DNA of 64,000 bases, taken from NCBI GenBank assembly GCA_904377855.1, contig CAJFGS010000001.1, positions 42,538 through 106,537 of the forward strand, read 5' to 3'. The stretch is from Candidatus Avimonas merdigallinarum. Lineage in GTDB: Bacteria; Bacillota; Clostridia; Oscillospirales; Acutalibacteraceae. Numbering within the stretch: position 1 is the first letter of the stretch; the number at the start of each line of letters is the position of its first letter. The notes under the pieces were generated by a model. The model saw nothing but the letters and a program-made list of their open reading frames with translations, searched no databases and was not told the origin of the DNA. Made by a program: the position numbers and the translations under genes. Shown here piece by piece: positions 1 to 10,161 of the stretch.

Positions 1-536
1 GAGCAGTAATCGCAGCGGGTCGGACAGAAGGGAACCGACAGGTACAGGCTGAACGAATCCGGCCGGGACAGGGCGAGAAGCTTATTTTCCTCCCGCAGCG
101 TGTCCAGGCAAAGCGCCGTTTTTTCCCGGCTGACCAGCAGTTCCCGCTCCATCCAGCGGGCGGCGGCCTCCTCCCCCTGCTGTTCCGTCATCCGGCGGAG
201 GAGCTTCACCGGCCGGACGCCGGTGACAGCCCCCCAGCGCAGCGGATGGCCGAAAAGCTTGACAAACAGGGTGTAGAGCAGCACCGCCAGCTGCCGTTCG
301 CATTCCTTGGAATAGTTCGGCAGCGCATTATCCACCTGCGCTTCCGCCCGTTCCCGCCAGTCCCCAAGCGTCAGTTCCGCGGAAAGGAAGGTCTGGGATT
401 CCCCTTTACACATGGTGGTAACCGCGTGGACGCCGTCCGCCTCCTCGTTCACCTTCACCGCTTCCTGCGGCAGGAACAGGCGGCAGATATTTTCCATCTC
501 ATACCGATAGGTATGTCCAATCAAATCCAGTCTCAT
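1..536 (-). CDS. Radical SAM protein, HemN/HemZ family (coproporphyrinogen dehydrogenase-like); 5' part only, continues beyond window start
   Basis: Hand translation of the minus strand from ATG at 534-536 gives an open frame to position 1 (MRLDLIGHTYRYEMENICRL...SLYLSVPFCPTRCDYC). The radical SAM CxxxCxxC motif lies ~180 aa in, as in HemZ-type enzymes. Not in the ORF track because no stop lies within the window. Confidence 0.6.
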   Translation of the reverse strand, partial: MRLDLIGHTYRYEMENICRLFLPQEAVKVNEEADGVHAVTTMCKGESQTFLSAELTLGDWRERAEAQVDNALPNYSKECERQLAVLLYTLFVKLFGHPLRWGAVTGVRPVKLLRRMTEQQGEEAAARWMERELLVSREKTALCLDTLREENKLLALSRPDSFSLYLSVPFCPTRCDYC

Positions 537-539
537 CGC

Positions 540-1157
540 TTACTGCATATACGGATTATCCCGGCGTTCGCCGTCCAGCGTGGTGGACGGGCCGTGCCCG
601 GGCAGCACCATATAATCTCCTTCCAGATTGTTCAAGCGGCGCAGCGATTGCCGCAGGGCCGCAAAATCCCCGCCGGGAAAATCCGTGCGGCCTACCCCGC
701 CGGCAAACAGGGTATCCCCTGTCAGCAGGACATTTTCGCAGCGGTAGCAGCAGCTTCCCGGCGTATGGCCGGGGGTGGCGATCACCGTCAGGCGCAGGGC
801 GCCCACGGACAGGACGTCCCCCTCCTTCACCAAACGGTCCGGCTTCAGCGGAAGGCCGCCCTGCCCGGGCATCCAGCCAAGCAGGCTGCGGGAAGGATCG
901 GCCAATGCCCCCTCGTCCCCCTCGGGGACCCAAAGCGGCGCGCCGGCCGCAGCCTGCACCTCCCCCGCCGCAAGCATATGGTCGAAATGCACGTGGGTGA
1001 GCAAAACCGCCTGTACCCGCAGGCCGCGGCTGCGGATTTCCGCAAGGATCCGCTGGGCGTCCCCACCCGGATCCACGACAACAGCGTTTTTCTCCTCATC
1101 AAACAAAAGGATGCAGTTCGCCTGCAAGGGGCCGACCGGCAGCGTCACAATTTCCAT
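540..1157 (-). CDS. MBL-fold metallo-hydrolase (hydroxyacylglutathione hydrolase-like)
   Basis: 205 aa with the THVHFDHMLAAGE metallo-beta-lactamase HxHxDH motif; tight spacing with dtd upstream. Confidence 0.85.
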   Translation of the reverse strand: MEIVTLPVGPLQANCILLFDEEKNAVVVDPGGDAQRILAEIRSRGLRVQAVLLTHVHFDHMLAAGEVQAAAGAPLWVPEGDEGALADPSRSLLGWMPGQGGLPLKPDRLVKEGDVLSVGALRLTVIATPGHTPGSCCYRCENVLLTGDTLFAGGVGRTDFPGGDFAALRQSLRRLNNLEGDYMVLPGHGPSTTLDGERRDNPYMQ

Positions 1158-1161
1158 CCGA

Positions 1162-1611
1162 TTACCATTCCTTTGTATTCAGCATCAGGGTGACCGGGCC
1201 ATCGTTTTCCGCCAGGATCCGCATATCCGCCCCGAAGACGCCGGTTGCCACCTTCCGCACCCCTGCGCGGGCGAGGCGCTCCGCAAAGGAGCGGAACAGC
1301 GGTTCGGCGGCTTCCGGACGGGCGGCGCTCAGGAATTCCGGGCGGCGGCCGTGACGGCAGCTGCCGCAAAGAGTAAAATTGGGGATCAGCAGGATCTCCC
1401 CGCCCACATCCAGCACCGAGCGGTTCATCTTCCCCTGCCCGTCGCTGAAAACGCGGAGCGCAGCGACCTTACCGGCCAGTTTTTCCGCCTGCGCTTCCCC
1501 GTCGTCCGTCTCGATCCCAAGGAAAAGCAGGATCCCCTGCCCGATTTCTCCCACCGTCTCCCCGTCCACCGATACCGAGGCGGAGAGAACCCGTTGATAG
1601 ACCGCACGCAT
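1162..1611 (-). CDS. dtd: D-aminoacyl-tRNA deacylase
   Basis: 149 aa, MRAVYQRV...SVLDVGGEILLIPNFTLCG typical of Dtd; relA-dtd synteny as in Bacillus. Confidence 0.9.
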   Translation of the reverse strand: MRAVYQRVLSASVSVDGETVGEIGQGILLFLGIETDDGEAQAEKLAGKVAALRVFSDGQGKMNRSVLDVGGEILLIPNFTLCGSCRHGRRPEFLSAARPEAAEPLFRSFAERLARAGVRKVATGVFGADMRILAENDGPVTLMLNTKEW

Positions 1612-1719
1612 GCGTTCGGCTCCTTTCTTTGCTCAGGGTTGGCGGAAGCCGCCTCCCTTTTGGGAAGCCCGCCGCCCGGCACAGCACCCTGTAAAAGCGA
1701 CGGGCCCTTTCCCTGAAAG

Positions 1720-4026
1720 CTATCCGCCGTGCCCCGAACGGGTGATTTTATAGATGCCCTCGATCCGGGACAGCCGGGTGATCACCGATTGGAGGTGATC
1801 CACGCTGTTGACCCCGATCGTCACGCTCATTACCACCGAATTGTCCTTCGGCTCGCGGGCGCTGATGGCGTGGATCATCACGTGCATGGCCGCCAGCTGG
1901 CTGGTCACGTCGGCCAGCAGAGCATGGCGGTTGTGGGCTTCAATGGACAGGGTGGCCTTGAACTCGCTGCGCACGCTGTCCTCCCAGCAGACCGAAACCC
2001 AGCGCTCGGGTTCCGCCGCGGAGGAAATCTCTTTGGGCACGTTTACGCAGTCCCGCTTATGAATCGACACGCCGTATCCCCGGGTGATAAAGCCGATGAT
2101 TTCGTCCCCCGGCACCGGGTTGCAGCAGCGGGCGAATTTCACCAGGCAGTTGTCCATGCCGTCGATAATCACGCCGCCGTTGTTGTGGTGCGGCTTCGCC
2201 GTGGTCACCGCCGTTTCCGGCTGGATATTTTCGGCCTTGAGAAGCCGCTGATAGTCTTCCTTGAGCCGCGGCATGATCCGGGAAAGGAGAATCCCGCCGT
2301 ATCCAATGGCCGCATAGAAGTCCTCCACCGATTCGCAGTGCTGCTTGGCGCTCTCCCCCTCGATAAAACGGGCCATTTTCTCTTCCGGAAGGCGGATCCA
2401 GTGGCGGGCCAGTTCCTTCTCCAATTCCTGCCGGCCGGTTTCGATGTTTTCCTCCCGGCGTTCCTTCTTGAACCAGGCGCGGATTTTATTGCGGGCCTCC
2501 CCCGTTTTCACAATGCTCAGCCAGCCGCGGCTGGGCCCATGGCCGGGGGCGGAAGTGGTGAGGATTTCCACGATTTCGCCGGTTTTCACCGCGTAATCCA
2601 GCGGGACCATCCGGCCGTCCACCTTGGCGCCGGTCATCCGGTTGCCCACGGCGGAATGGATGGCGTAAGCGAAGTCGATGACCGTCGCGCCCACCGGGAG
2701 GGTGATCACGTCCCCCTTCGGGGTGAAGACAAACACGTCGTCCGAAGACAGATCGGTCTTTATGGAGCGGACGATATCCTCCGCATCGTCCACATCCTTT
2801 TGGCTTTCAATGAACTGGCGCACCCACGCAAGCCGTTCCTCCAGCTTATCCTTGCGCTGGATGCCGAGTTTGTATTTCCAGTGCGCCGCAATGCCGTATT
2901 CTGCGGTATAATGCATCTCCCAGGTGCGGATCTGCACCTCAAACGGGATTTTTTCCTTGCTGATGACCGTGGTATGCAGCGACTGGTACATATTCGCCTT
3001 GGGGGTGGAGATATAATCCTTGAACCGGTTGGGCAGCGGCCGGAACATATCGTGCACCACGCCCAGCACATTATAGCAGTCGTTGACCGTGTCCACGATC
3101 ACCCGCACCGCGTAGATGTCGTATATCTCGTCAAAGGATTTTCCCTGCATGTACATTTTCCGGTAGATCCCGGTAATGCTTTTGATCCGGCCGGAAACGT
3201 AGCAATCGATTTTCAGGCTGGCAAGCTTTTCGGTCAGCCGCTCCTTGATGCTTTCCAGGAATGCGTTCCGCTCCCCCTCCCGCAGGGCAAGGGCGTCCTC
3301 GATTTCCTTATACGCAATCGGATCCAGCGTGCGCAGCGAAAGATCCTCTAGTTCCTCCTTTACCGCGCGGATCCCGAGCCGGTGGGCCAGCGGCGCGTAA
3401 ATATCCATGGTTTCCTTGGCGGTATCCCGCCGTTTCTGCGCCGGCTTAAAGCGGATTGTGCGCATATTGTGCAGGCGGTCGGCCAACTTGATAATGATGA
3501 CCCGGATATCCTGCGCCATGGCGAGCAGCATTTTCCGGACGTTTTCCGCCTGCTGCTCCTCCCGGGTGGAAAAGGGAAGCTTGCGCAGCTTGGTCACCCC
3601 GTCCACCAGCGCCGCCACCTCCGGACCGAACTCCTTGGAGACGTCCGAAAGCTCCAGCGGGGTGTCCTCCACCACGTCGTGGAGAAGGGCGGCCACGATG
3701 GTGTCGGTATCCATCCCCAGTTCCACCAGGATTTTCGCCACCATGAGCGGGTGGATGACATATTCCTCCCCGGAAGAGCGGAGCTGCCCGGCGTGGGCTT
3801 TGCAGGCCACGGCGATCGCCCGATCGATGACCCCCATATCGTAAGGCTTTCCGGTCTTTTGGATCAAGTCCCGCAGCTCTTCAATTGCCTGCGGCGTTTC
3901 CAGCTTCGGCTCCTCCGGCAATTCGGGGAAAAAGGGATCCTCCGCCGCAGCGGCAGGGGCCGCCGGTTCCGCTATGCCGCCTTCCATATCCTTTTTGCTT
4001 TGACTGTCCGGGATCCTGGGTTCCAT
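1720..4026 (-). CDS. relA: Bifunctional (p)ppGpp synthetase/hydrolase RelA/SpoT
   Basis: HD domain (HDVVEDT), RelA/SpoT synthetase domain, TGS and ACT regions. The longest ORF reaches 4251, but the likely start is ATG at 4026 (MEPRIPDSQ), which has a GGAGAGAAGGTGAG RBS and overlaps the recJ stop. Confidence 0.88.
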   Translation of the reverse strand: MEPRIPDSQSKKDMEGGIAEPAAPAAAAEDPFFPELPEEPKLETPQAIEELRDLIQKTGKPYDMGVIDRAIAVACKAHAGQLRSSGEEYVIHPLMVAKILVELGMDTDTIVAALLHDVVEDTPLELSDVSKEFGPEVAALVDGVTKLRKLPFSTREEQQAENVRKMLLAMAQDIRVIIIKLADRLHNMRTIRFKPAQKRRDTAKETMDIYAPLAHRLGIRAVKEELEDLSLRTLDPIAYKEIEDALALREGERNAFLESIKERLTEKLASLKIDCYVSGRIKSITGIYRKMYMQGKSFDEIYDIYAVRVIVDTVNDCYNVLGVVHDMFRPLPNRFKDYISTPKANMYQSLHTTVISKEKIPFEVQIRTWEMHYTAEYGIAAHWKYKLGIQRKDKLEERLAWVRQFIESQKDVDDAEDIVRSIKTDLSSDDVFVFTPKGDVITLPVGATVIDFAYAIHSAVGNRMTGAKVDGRMVPLDYAVKTGEIVEILTTSAPGHGPSRGWLSIVKTGEARNKIRAWFKKERREENIETGRQELEKELARHWIRLPEEKMARFIEGESAKQHCESVEDFYAAIGYGGILLSRIMPRLKEDYQRLLKAENIQPETAVTTAKPHHNNGGVIIDGMDNCLVKFARCCNPVPGDEIIGFITRGYGVSIHKRDCVNVPKEISSAAEPERWVSVCWEDSVRSEFKATLSIEAHNRHALLADVTSQLAAMHVMIHAISAREPKDNSVVMSVTIGVNSVDHLQSVITRLSRIEGIYKITRSGHGG

Positions 4027-6095
4027 TATCTCACCTTCTCTCCGTGGGAATGCAGATACTGCATAATCGGCGTGTCTTCCAATTTCACTTTTCCATCGAC
4101 CGGCAGCAGCGTGAGTTTCAGCGAATCGCCGGTATCGATTAAGCCAATCAAGCCCGCCTGCCGCAGCGTTTCCAGCGCCGCCCGCAGACGTATATAGGAT
4201 ATCCGGGGCTGCTCCAAAAAATAACACAGCTGTTCCAGCGCGCCGGTCCATTCTTTTTTGGAGCGGAGATAGCGATAAACCCGTTCCAGTTCCGCCCGCT
4301 CCGGCATCCAGGCTGCCGCCTGTTCCGGCGAAATCGGATCGCCGCGGAGAATCCCGTCGAACTGCTGGAGGGCAAGAATCAGTTCCTCCTGATCCAGTTC
4401 CGCCGCCCGGATTTCCTTCGCCAATACCGTGGGCGTAACCACGCCCCGGTACTCATTGCGCTCCAACGTGACCGCCAGATTCAAAATCTGGCCGCATTCA
4501 AACGGGAAATCCGCATACGGCGTGCCGAATTTCACCACAGAAAGCCGGACGTCGTCCCGGGAAACCGACATCCGGACATGCCGCCCTCCCGACAGGGGCG
4601 TGATATTGTCCAGACGCATCTGGAACAGCCCAAACACCGGCGAAGGGTTGCCGGCGCCGACGGGTTCCAGCGCCCGGAGCAGGTTCAGCTTCTCCACATC
4701 CACCTGCGACGGGCGAAGCTTGAAATCCAGGCGCAGCTCCGGCACCGGCATGCGCGGGTACCGCTCGGCGGCGTAGGCGTTGATCCGTTCCCGGAAAGCC
4801 GGGATATTCTCCGCGGATAACCCTACCCCGGCCGCCAGTTCATGCCCGCCGAAGTGGGTCAGCAGTTCCGAACAAGCACAAATCGCCTCAAACAGCGAAA
4901 AGCCTTTGACGCTGCGGCCAGAGCCCTTGGCCTCGCCCTCCTTTTTTGTCAGGAGGAGGCAGGGCTTCCCGTACCGTTCCACAATCCGCGCGGCGATGAT
5001 CCCCACCACGCCGGGATGCCAGTTTTCCCCGTCAATCACCAGGACGCGATCCGCCAGGAGCCGCGGCTCCCGCGCCAGGCGTTCCCGCACTTCCTTCAGG
5101 ATTTCCCCCTCGGTGGTCTGCCGGAGGACGTTGCATTGCTGGATTTCCCCGGCCAGCGCCTCCGCCTCTTCTTCCCGGTCGGTCAGAAGCAGGCTTGCCG
5201 CCTTACCCGGCGAGTCCATCCGTCCGGCGGCATTGAGCCGCGGCACCAGGGTAAACACAACATTGGTGGAAGACAATTCCTTGCCTTCTATCCCCGCCGC
5301 CTTCACCAGTGCGGCCAGACCAGGACGCTTTTTCCCGTTTATGACGCGCATTCCCGCGCGGACCAGCGCGCGGTTTTCCCCTTGAAGGGGCATCACGTCG
5401 CCCAGCGTGCCGACAGCGACCAGATCCCCGAACCGTTCCATCACCGGCTCGGCGTCCCCTTCCAGGGCGCAGGCCAGCTTGAAGGCAACGCCGACCCCGG
5501 CATAATCCTTGAAACCGCTTGCACAGTCCGGACGGTGCGGATCCACCACCGCTGCCGCCGCCGGCAGCCGTTCCTGCGGCTGGTGGTGATCCGTCACTAC
5601 TACGTCCATTCCCAATTCGGCGGCATAGGCCACCTCGTCCACCGCGGAAATCCCGGTGTCCACCGTGACCAGGAGCTGGACGCCCTGCTGGTGAAGGAAA
5701 TCCAGGCTTTCCTTATGTAAGCCGTACCCTTCTTTTTCCCTGTCCGGGATATAGTATATCACGTCCGCGCCTTTTTCCTGAAGGTAGGTATACATAAGCG
5801 CCGTAGCGGTCACGCCGTCTGCATCGTAGTCCCCGTAAACCGCCACCTTCTCCCGGGTATCCAGCGCCCGCTGGATCCGTTCCACCGCCGCGTCCATGTC
5901 CGCAAAACCAAAGGGGTCGTCCGCGATTTCCCCGCCGAGAAGATAATCCGCCGCCGCTTCCGGCGTGGTAATCCCACGGGTGACCAGCATCAGCGCCAGG
6001 AACGGATTGATTTCGCAATCCTCCGCTAATTGGGCCGCCGTCTCCTTATCCAGCGGCGGCAAAACCCAGCGTCTGATCCCCATACGTTTTCCCAT
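4026..6095 (-). CDS. recJ: Single-stranded-DNA-specific exonuclease RecJ
   Basis: 689 aa with DHH motif (VVVTDHHQP) and DHHA1 region; recJ-relA-dtd synteny. Confidence 0.9.
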   Translation of the reverse strand: MGKRMGIRRWVLPPLDKETAAQLAEDCEINPFLALMLVTRGITTPEAAADYLLGGEIADDPFGFADMDAAVERIQRALDTREKVAVYGDYDADGVTATALMYTYLQEKGADVIYYIPDREKEGYGLHKESLDFLHQQGVQLLVTVDTGISAVDEVAYAAELGMDVVVTDHHQPQERLPAAAAVVDPHRPDCASGFKDYAGVGVAFKLACALEGDAEPVMERFGDLVAVGTLGDVMPLQGENRALVRAGMRVINGKKRPGLAALVKAAGIEGKELSSTNVVFTLVPRLNAAGRMDSPGKAASLLLTDREEEAEALAGEIQQCNVLRQTTEGEILKEVRERLAREPRLLADRVLVIDGENWHPGVVGIIAARIVERYGKPCLLLTKKEGEAKGSGRSVKGFSLFEAICACSELLTHFGGHELAAGVGLSAENIPAFRERINAYAAERYPRMPVPELRLDFKLRPSQVDVEKLNLLRALEPVGAGNPSPVFGLFQMRLDNITPLSGGRHVRMSVSRDDVRLSVVKFGTPYADFPFECGQILNLAVTLERNEYRGVVTPTVLAKEIRAAELDQEELILALQQFDGILRGDPISPEQAAAWMPERAELERVYRYLRSKKEWTGALEQLCYFLEQPRISYIRLRAALETLRQAGLIGLIDTGDSLKLTLLPVDGKVKLEDTPIMQYLHSHGEKVR

Positions 6096-6145
6096 CCTTC
6101 CCGGTTTTATTGCCCCAATCGGTTTTTATCCAAATACAATAGTAT

Positions 6146-6174
6146 AGTATACCATTTTCAAAGCCCGTGTTCAA
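6146..6174 (-). promoter_or_regulatory. Sigma-A-type promoter for recJ-relA-dtd operon (TTGAAC-17-TATACT on minus strand)
   Basis: Minus-strand read: TTGAACacgggctttgaaaatggTATACT, about 50 nt upstream of the recJ start. Confidence 0.6.
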
Positions 6175-6387
6175 CCTTTCGCCGCTTATTTCCCTTTTGC
6201 GCCGGCCAATCGCTTACGAATTTTGCAGCCTCTATTCGGCAGGGGGAATCACACGAAGGCAGGGGCGGCTTTCATCTTATTCCGTCTCGCCTCCGGAGAA
6301 AGCAGACGGAATAAAAAGAGATACAACAGCGGCCCCGCCCCATTTGGAATGGAACGAAGCCGCTTGTCCTCCTGCCTTCCGCAGTCC

Positions 6388-7707
6388 CTATTGGATGGTC
6401 AGATAAATCTCATAGCCGTCCGCCGTTTCCGCCCCATAATAAACCCATACGTCGTCATACCCGTTTACCTGGATATCCACCTGCAGCGGAACCGCGCCGG
6501 TGGCGTCGACGCCTGCCACATCCGCGGTGACGGACAAATCCTCCGCCGTGATCGCCTCCAGCGTTTCCGCGGGCCCGATCACGCGGATGCCCATAATGGT
6601 CTGGCGGGACACGGAAACCCGCATATCCTGGTCATTGACTACGGTAATATTGCTGGAGGTAAGGGGCAAGTCCAAAATTTTCTGCCCAAAACCGCTCATT
6701 GAGAAATCAACGGTGACATCCGTCGTACCGTCCAAAACCAGGATCCCCTGCGGCACATTCAACGGGATGGTCTGCTGACTATCGTCAAGCCCGATATGAT
6801 GGAAATCAAACGTGCCGAGGTTCTGCACGCTTTCCACAAAGGCATCCACCCGTTCGGGCGTCCCCACCACTTCGATCGACGAAGGCGTCACCGTACAGAA
6901 GCCCTCCTGCCCGCTGAAAGCTTCCGGAAGATTGGCCAGCGTATATTCAAAGTTTACCACCCGGTGGATGTTGACCGGCACGGTTACCGTCACCTTGGAA
7001 TCGGTCATCCCGCCGAAGGTGCAATAGGTCATATCTACTTCGTCGCCGTTTTCGTCCAGGGCGACCAATTCCGCCTCAAAAGCCGTCACCGTAGAAATCG
7101 CCGCCGGCTTTGTAATCCGGGCCTTCACGGAGGCGATTTTGCTCACCGTGGTCCGGGGCCCTTCTACATACACCGAGCCGTCTTCCATCCCCGGTGCCTC
7201 CACCACCGGGGTGCCGAGCTGCAGCTCGCTCCCTTCCTCCACCGAAACGCCGCTGATATCCGCTTCCACCCTCATGGCCGCGCTGGTCATGGGATGATCG
7301 CAGTATACCTGAACCGTCTGCGGCGACACAGAAACGATTTCATAATTCGTCACGGAACTGTTCTTGACCACGCTCAACCGTACCGGCCAATCGCCCGCTC
7401 CCCGCACTTCGCTGTAATCGAAGGTCACCCGCATATCGTTTTCGTCCAGGTTAAAAATCTGGGAGCGGGGCCCCCGCACCTCCACCGTAACCGACTGCGT
7501 CGCCCCTTCATAAATTTTCAGCCCGTCCGCCTCCGCATAGCTGCCGGCCAGATCAAGGTTCGCCGACAGGGTCAGGGTCCGGACCTCCAGATTGCTGTCG
7601 TTGTATACCACCGACGCCCATATGCCAATCGCAGCGATGGCAGAAAAGACAATCATCAGCTTATTATTGTGTAGCAAATGGTTTAAAGAAAATTTTCCTT
7701 TCGCCAT
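6388..7707 (-). CDS. cdaR: YbbR-domain protein CdaR (regulator of diadenylate cyclase CdaA)
   Basis: 439 aa with N-terminal TM helix and repeated YbbR-like beta-rich segments; immediately downstream of cdaA. Confidence 0.75.
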   Translation of the reverse strand: MAKGKFSLNHLLHNNKLMIVFSAIAAIGIWASVVYNDSNLEVRTLTLSANLDLAGSYAEADGLKIYEGATQSVTVEVRGPRSQIFNLDENDMRVTFDYSEVRGAGDWPVRLSVVKNSSVTNYEIVSVSPQTVQVYCDHPMTSAAMRVEADISGVSVEEGSELQLGTPVVEAPGMEDGSVYVEGPRTTVSKIASVKARITKPAAISTVTAFEAELVALDENGDEVDMTYCTFGGMTDSKVTVTVPVNIHRVVNFEYTLANLPEAFSGQEGFCTVTPSSIEVVGTPERVDAFVESVQNLGTFDFHHIGLDDSQQTIPLNVPQGILVLDGTTDVTVDFSMSGFGQKILDLPLTSSNITVVNDQDMRVSVSRQTIMGIRVIGPAETLEAITAEDLSVTADVAGVDATGAVPLQVDIQVNGYDDVWVYYGAETADGYEIYLTIQ

Positions 7708-7745
7708 ATTGTGCCATTCCTTTCTCGCTTTGCAAAGCCGGCGGA

Positions 7746-8642
7746 TTATTTATCCGACTTCTTCTTCCGGCGGAAAGGGCCAATCGATTTCCGCTCTCCG
7801 TCTTTATCCCGGCGGGTGCGATCCCAAAGGATGCCGTTTTCCAAAGCGACGCGCAGGGCCTCCAAACTGAAATTCCGTTTCAGTTCCCCGCCGACCGCCA
7901 TGGACACGGTGCCCGTTTCTTCCGAAACAATGACCACCAGGGCGTCCGAATTCTCGCTCATCCCCACCCCTGCGCGGTGGCGGGTCCCTAATTCGCTGCT
8001 TATCTGCAGGTTATCGGTCAGGGGGAGGATACAGCCGGCGGCGTACACCTTCCCCTCCCGCATAATCATCGCCCCGTCGTGCAGCGGCGCTTTGTTGAAG
8101 AAAACGTTGCCGATAAGTTCCGGCGTGGGGTCGGCATCCAGCACGGTGCCGGAGTTGATGATCTCCCCGAGTTTGGTGTTCCGCTCAAAGACAATCAGGG
8201 CGCCCATTTTCTGCCGTTGCAGCGTTTCCACCGCCGTACAGGTAGCGGAAATCGCCCGCTGCCATTGCTTAGCCTCCGCCTCCGCCGCATCTTCGCCCAT
8301 CCCGAACAGATTGATATTGCGCAGGCGGGAATGGCCGACCTGCTCCAGCGCGCGGCGAATTTCCGGCTGGAAAATGATGATTACAATAATCAGGATATTG
8401 TCAAACACCATCTCCAGCAGATAGTGCATGGTCTTTAACTCCAGCAAAGAGGCCGTAAAGAACGCCAGGGCAAAAATAAGGATGCCCTTTAACAGCTGCT
8501 CCGCGCGGGAATCGCGGACCAGCTTGATGACACTATATATAACAAACGCAACCAGAATGATATCCACGGTATCGCGAATCCAATGATAGGAGGCGAAAAA
8601 CGCAACGATCCCATTCCAGACGTTGGTGAAAAAATCCGCCAT
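7746..8642 (-). CDS. cdaA: Diadenylate cyclase CdaA (c-di-AMP synthase)
   Basis: N-terminal TM helices plus DisA_N/DAC domain (DGAMIMREG, TRHRAGVG motifs). Start chosen at MADFFTNVW (8642), which has an RBS; the ORF-track N-terminal extension is rejected. Confidence 0.9.
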   Translation of the reverse strand: MADFFTNVWNGIVAFFASYHWIRDTVDIILVAFVIYSVIKLVRDSRAEQLLKGILIFALAFFTASLLELKTMHYLLEMVFDNILIIVIIIFQPEIRRALEQVGHSRLRNINLFGMGEDAAEAEAKQWQRAISATCTAVETLQRQKMGALIVFERNTKLGEIINSGTVLDADPTPELIGNVFFNKAPLHDGAMIMREGKVYAAGCILPLTDNLQISSELGTRHRAGVGMSENSDALVVIVSEETGTVSMAVGGELKRNFSLEALRVALENGILWDRTRRDKDGERKSIGPFRRKKKSDK

Positions 8643-8752
8643 TTTTCTTCTTCCTTTCGGAGGACTTTCGCCGAGCCCACTTCCCGTGAGGAAAATCCCT
8701 GTATGCATGCGCAGCGTAAGCCAAAAGCCGGATGCACTCTGCTTATTTTATT

Positions 8753-8780
8753 ATTTTATCATACTCTGCAATTATTGCAA
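8753..8780 (-). promoter_or_regulatory. Putative cdaA promoter (TTGCAA-16-TGaTAAAAT) overlapping palindrome TTGCAATAATTGCA
   Basis: Minus-strand read TTGCAAtaattgcagagtatgaTAAAAT; the -35 element lies inside a 7-1-7 near-palindrome. Confidence 0.4.
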
Positions 8781-8827
8781 TCCCCTTCTTATTTCTCACG
8801 GCTGCCTTCCATGGTATCGGATTTCCC

Positions 8828-10033
8828 TCAGGCGCCGGGGATCTGCCGTCCCGGGCTGGACTCGGCCCATACTGCGCGGCAGACGCGCTCCAGTTCGGCT
8901 TTCGTGGTAAAGGCGGACGGCGCGAAGCGGACGGTCCCGGTCTCCAGCGTCCCGAAATGCCGGTGGGCGCTGGGTGCGCAGTGCAGCCCCGCTCGGCAGG
9001 CAATCCCCCGCTGGCTGAGCGCCTGGGCGACCTCCTCGCTCCGCCGGCCCGCCAGATTGACGGAAAGCACCGGAGCGCTGGTTTCCACGCTCGGACGGGG
9101 GGTATACAGCTCCACTCCCGGAATATTGGCCAGGCAGTCGTAAAACGAGGCCATCATCCGGGTTTCCCGATACAGCAGCTCCTCCTGTCCCTGCGCCCGG
9201 ACGAAATCCAGCCCGGCTTTCAGCCCGCAAATCCCGAGGGTATTCAGCGTCCCGCTTTCCAAGTGATCCGGTAATTCCTCCGGCTGGAGGAGTTCCAGCG
9301 ACTGGCTGCCGGTCCCCCCTTCCACAAAGGAAGGAAGCGCCCGATCGCTGTTGCACAGCAGCGCGCCGATCCCCATCGGGCCATAAAGCCCTTTATGGCC
9401 GGGGATACACAGAAAATCGATGGAATCCTTCTGCATGTCAATCGGGAAGAGCCCCGCGCTCTGCGCGCCGTCCACCACAAAGGGGAGGTGGTGACGGTGC
9501 GCCATTGCCCCGATTTCCCGGATTGGCAGCCGGGTTCCAAATACGTTGGAGGCGTGCATACAGACAATCCCCCGGGTTTCCGGCGTAATGCACCGCTCGA
9601 AGGCGGACACCGTGGCCGGGATATCCCCCGGCGTCACTACCGCCACATCATAAACCGGCGAAGCCGGGGATAATGCGTGAAGGGGGCGCATAACGGCATT
9701 ATGCTCCAAATCCGAAACCACAATCCGTCCCCCGTCCTTTAAAAGGCCCTTAAGGACAATGTTCAGCGCCATGGTGCAGTTCTGCACAAACACCACATTG
9801 GCCGGATTTTCCAGATGGAAAAATTCCGCCAGCGCTTCCCGGCAGCGATAAACCGCTTCGGAAGCCGCCAGGCCCATGCTGTGCCCGCTCCGGCCGGGAT
9901 TCGCGCCGTATATGGTCATCGCCTGCTGGACGGCTCCCCGCACCGCCGCCGGCTTGGGCCAGGTCGTCGCCGCGTTGTCTAAATATATCATCGAATCCCA
10001 AGATGTTTTCCTGTTGGCCATTGGTATCCCCAT
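8828..10033 (-). CDS. Cysteine desulfurase family protein (aminotransferase class V)
   Basis: 401 aa, MIYLDNAATTWPKP... PLP-dependent class V fold, SGHK-like lysine region; true start possibly MIYLDNAATT (~9988). Confidence 0.8.
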   Translation of the reverse strand: MGIPMANRKTSWDSMIYLDNAATTWPKPAAVRGAVQQAMTIYGANPGRSGHSMGLAASEAVYRCREALAEFFHLENPANVVFVQNCTMALNIVLKGLLKDGGRIVVSDLEHNAVMRPLHALSPASPVYDVAVVTPGDIPATVSAFERCITPETRGIVCMHASNVFGTRLPIREIGAMAHRHHLPFVVDGAQSAGLFPIDMQKDSIDFLCIPGHKGLYGPMGIGALLCNSDRALPSFVEGGTGSQSLELLQPEELPDHLESGTLNTLGICGLKAGLDFVRAQGQEELLYRETRMMASFYDCLANIPGVELYTPRPSVETSAPVLSVNLAGRRSEEVAQALSQRGIACRAGLHCAPSAHRHFGTLETGTVRFAPSAFTTKAELERVCRAVWAESSPGRQIPGA

Positions 10034-10161
10034 CCCTTTCCTGCCGACCTGAAATACGCTGCCTGCGAACCGGCGGAGTCCGCGGAATCCCGCCGCAAGG
10101 CGTGGACTCCGCTGTTTCCGTTATCTTCTCCCGCATCATGCACCTTTGTTTATAAAATCAA

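Noticed and set aside
246-1193. 315-aa plus-strand ORF
   Set aside because: Antisense shadow of the MBL-hydrolase and radical SAM genes. High-GC genomes generate long stop-free antisense frames; no RBS or domain.
1729-3351. 540-aa plus-strand ORF
   Set aside because: Antisense to relA; Arg/Gly/His-rich low-complexity translation typical of reverse-strand GC-rich coding.
6096-6387. Possible glmM remnant or terminator downstream of cdaR
   Set aside because: No ORF and no convincing hairpin+U-tract; only short GC palindromes.
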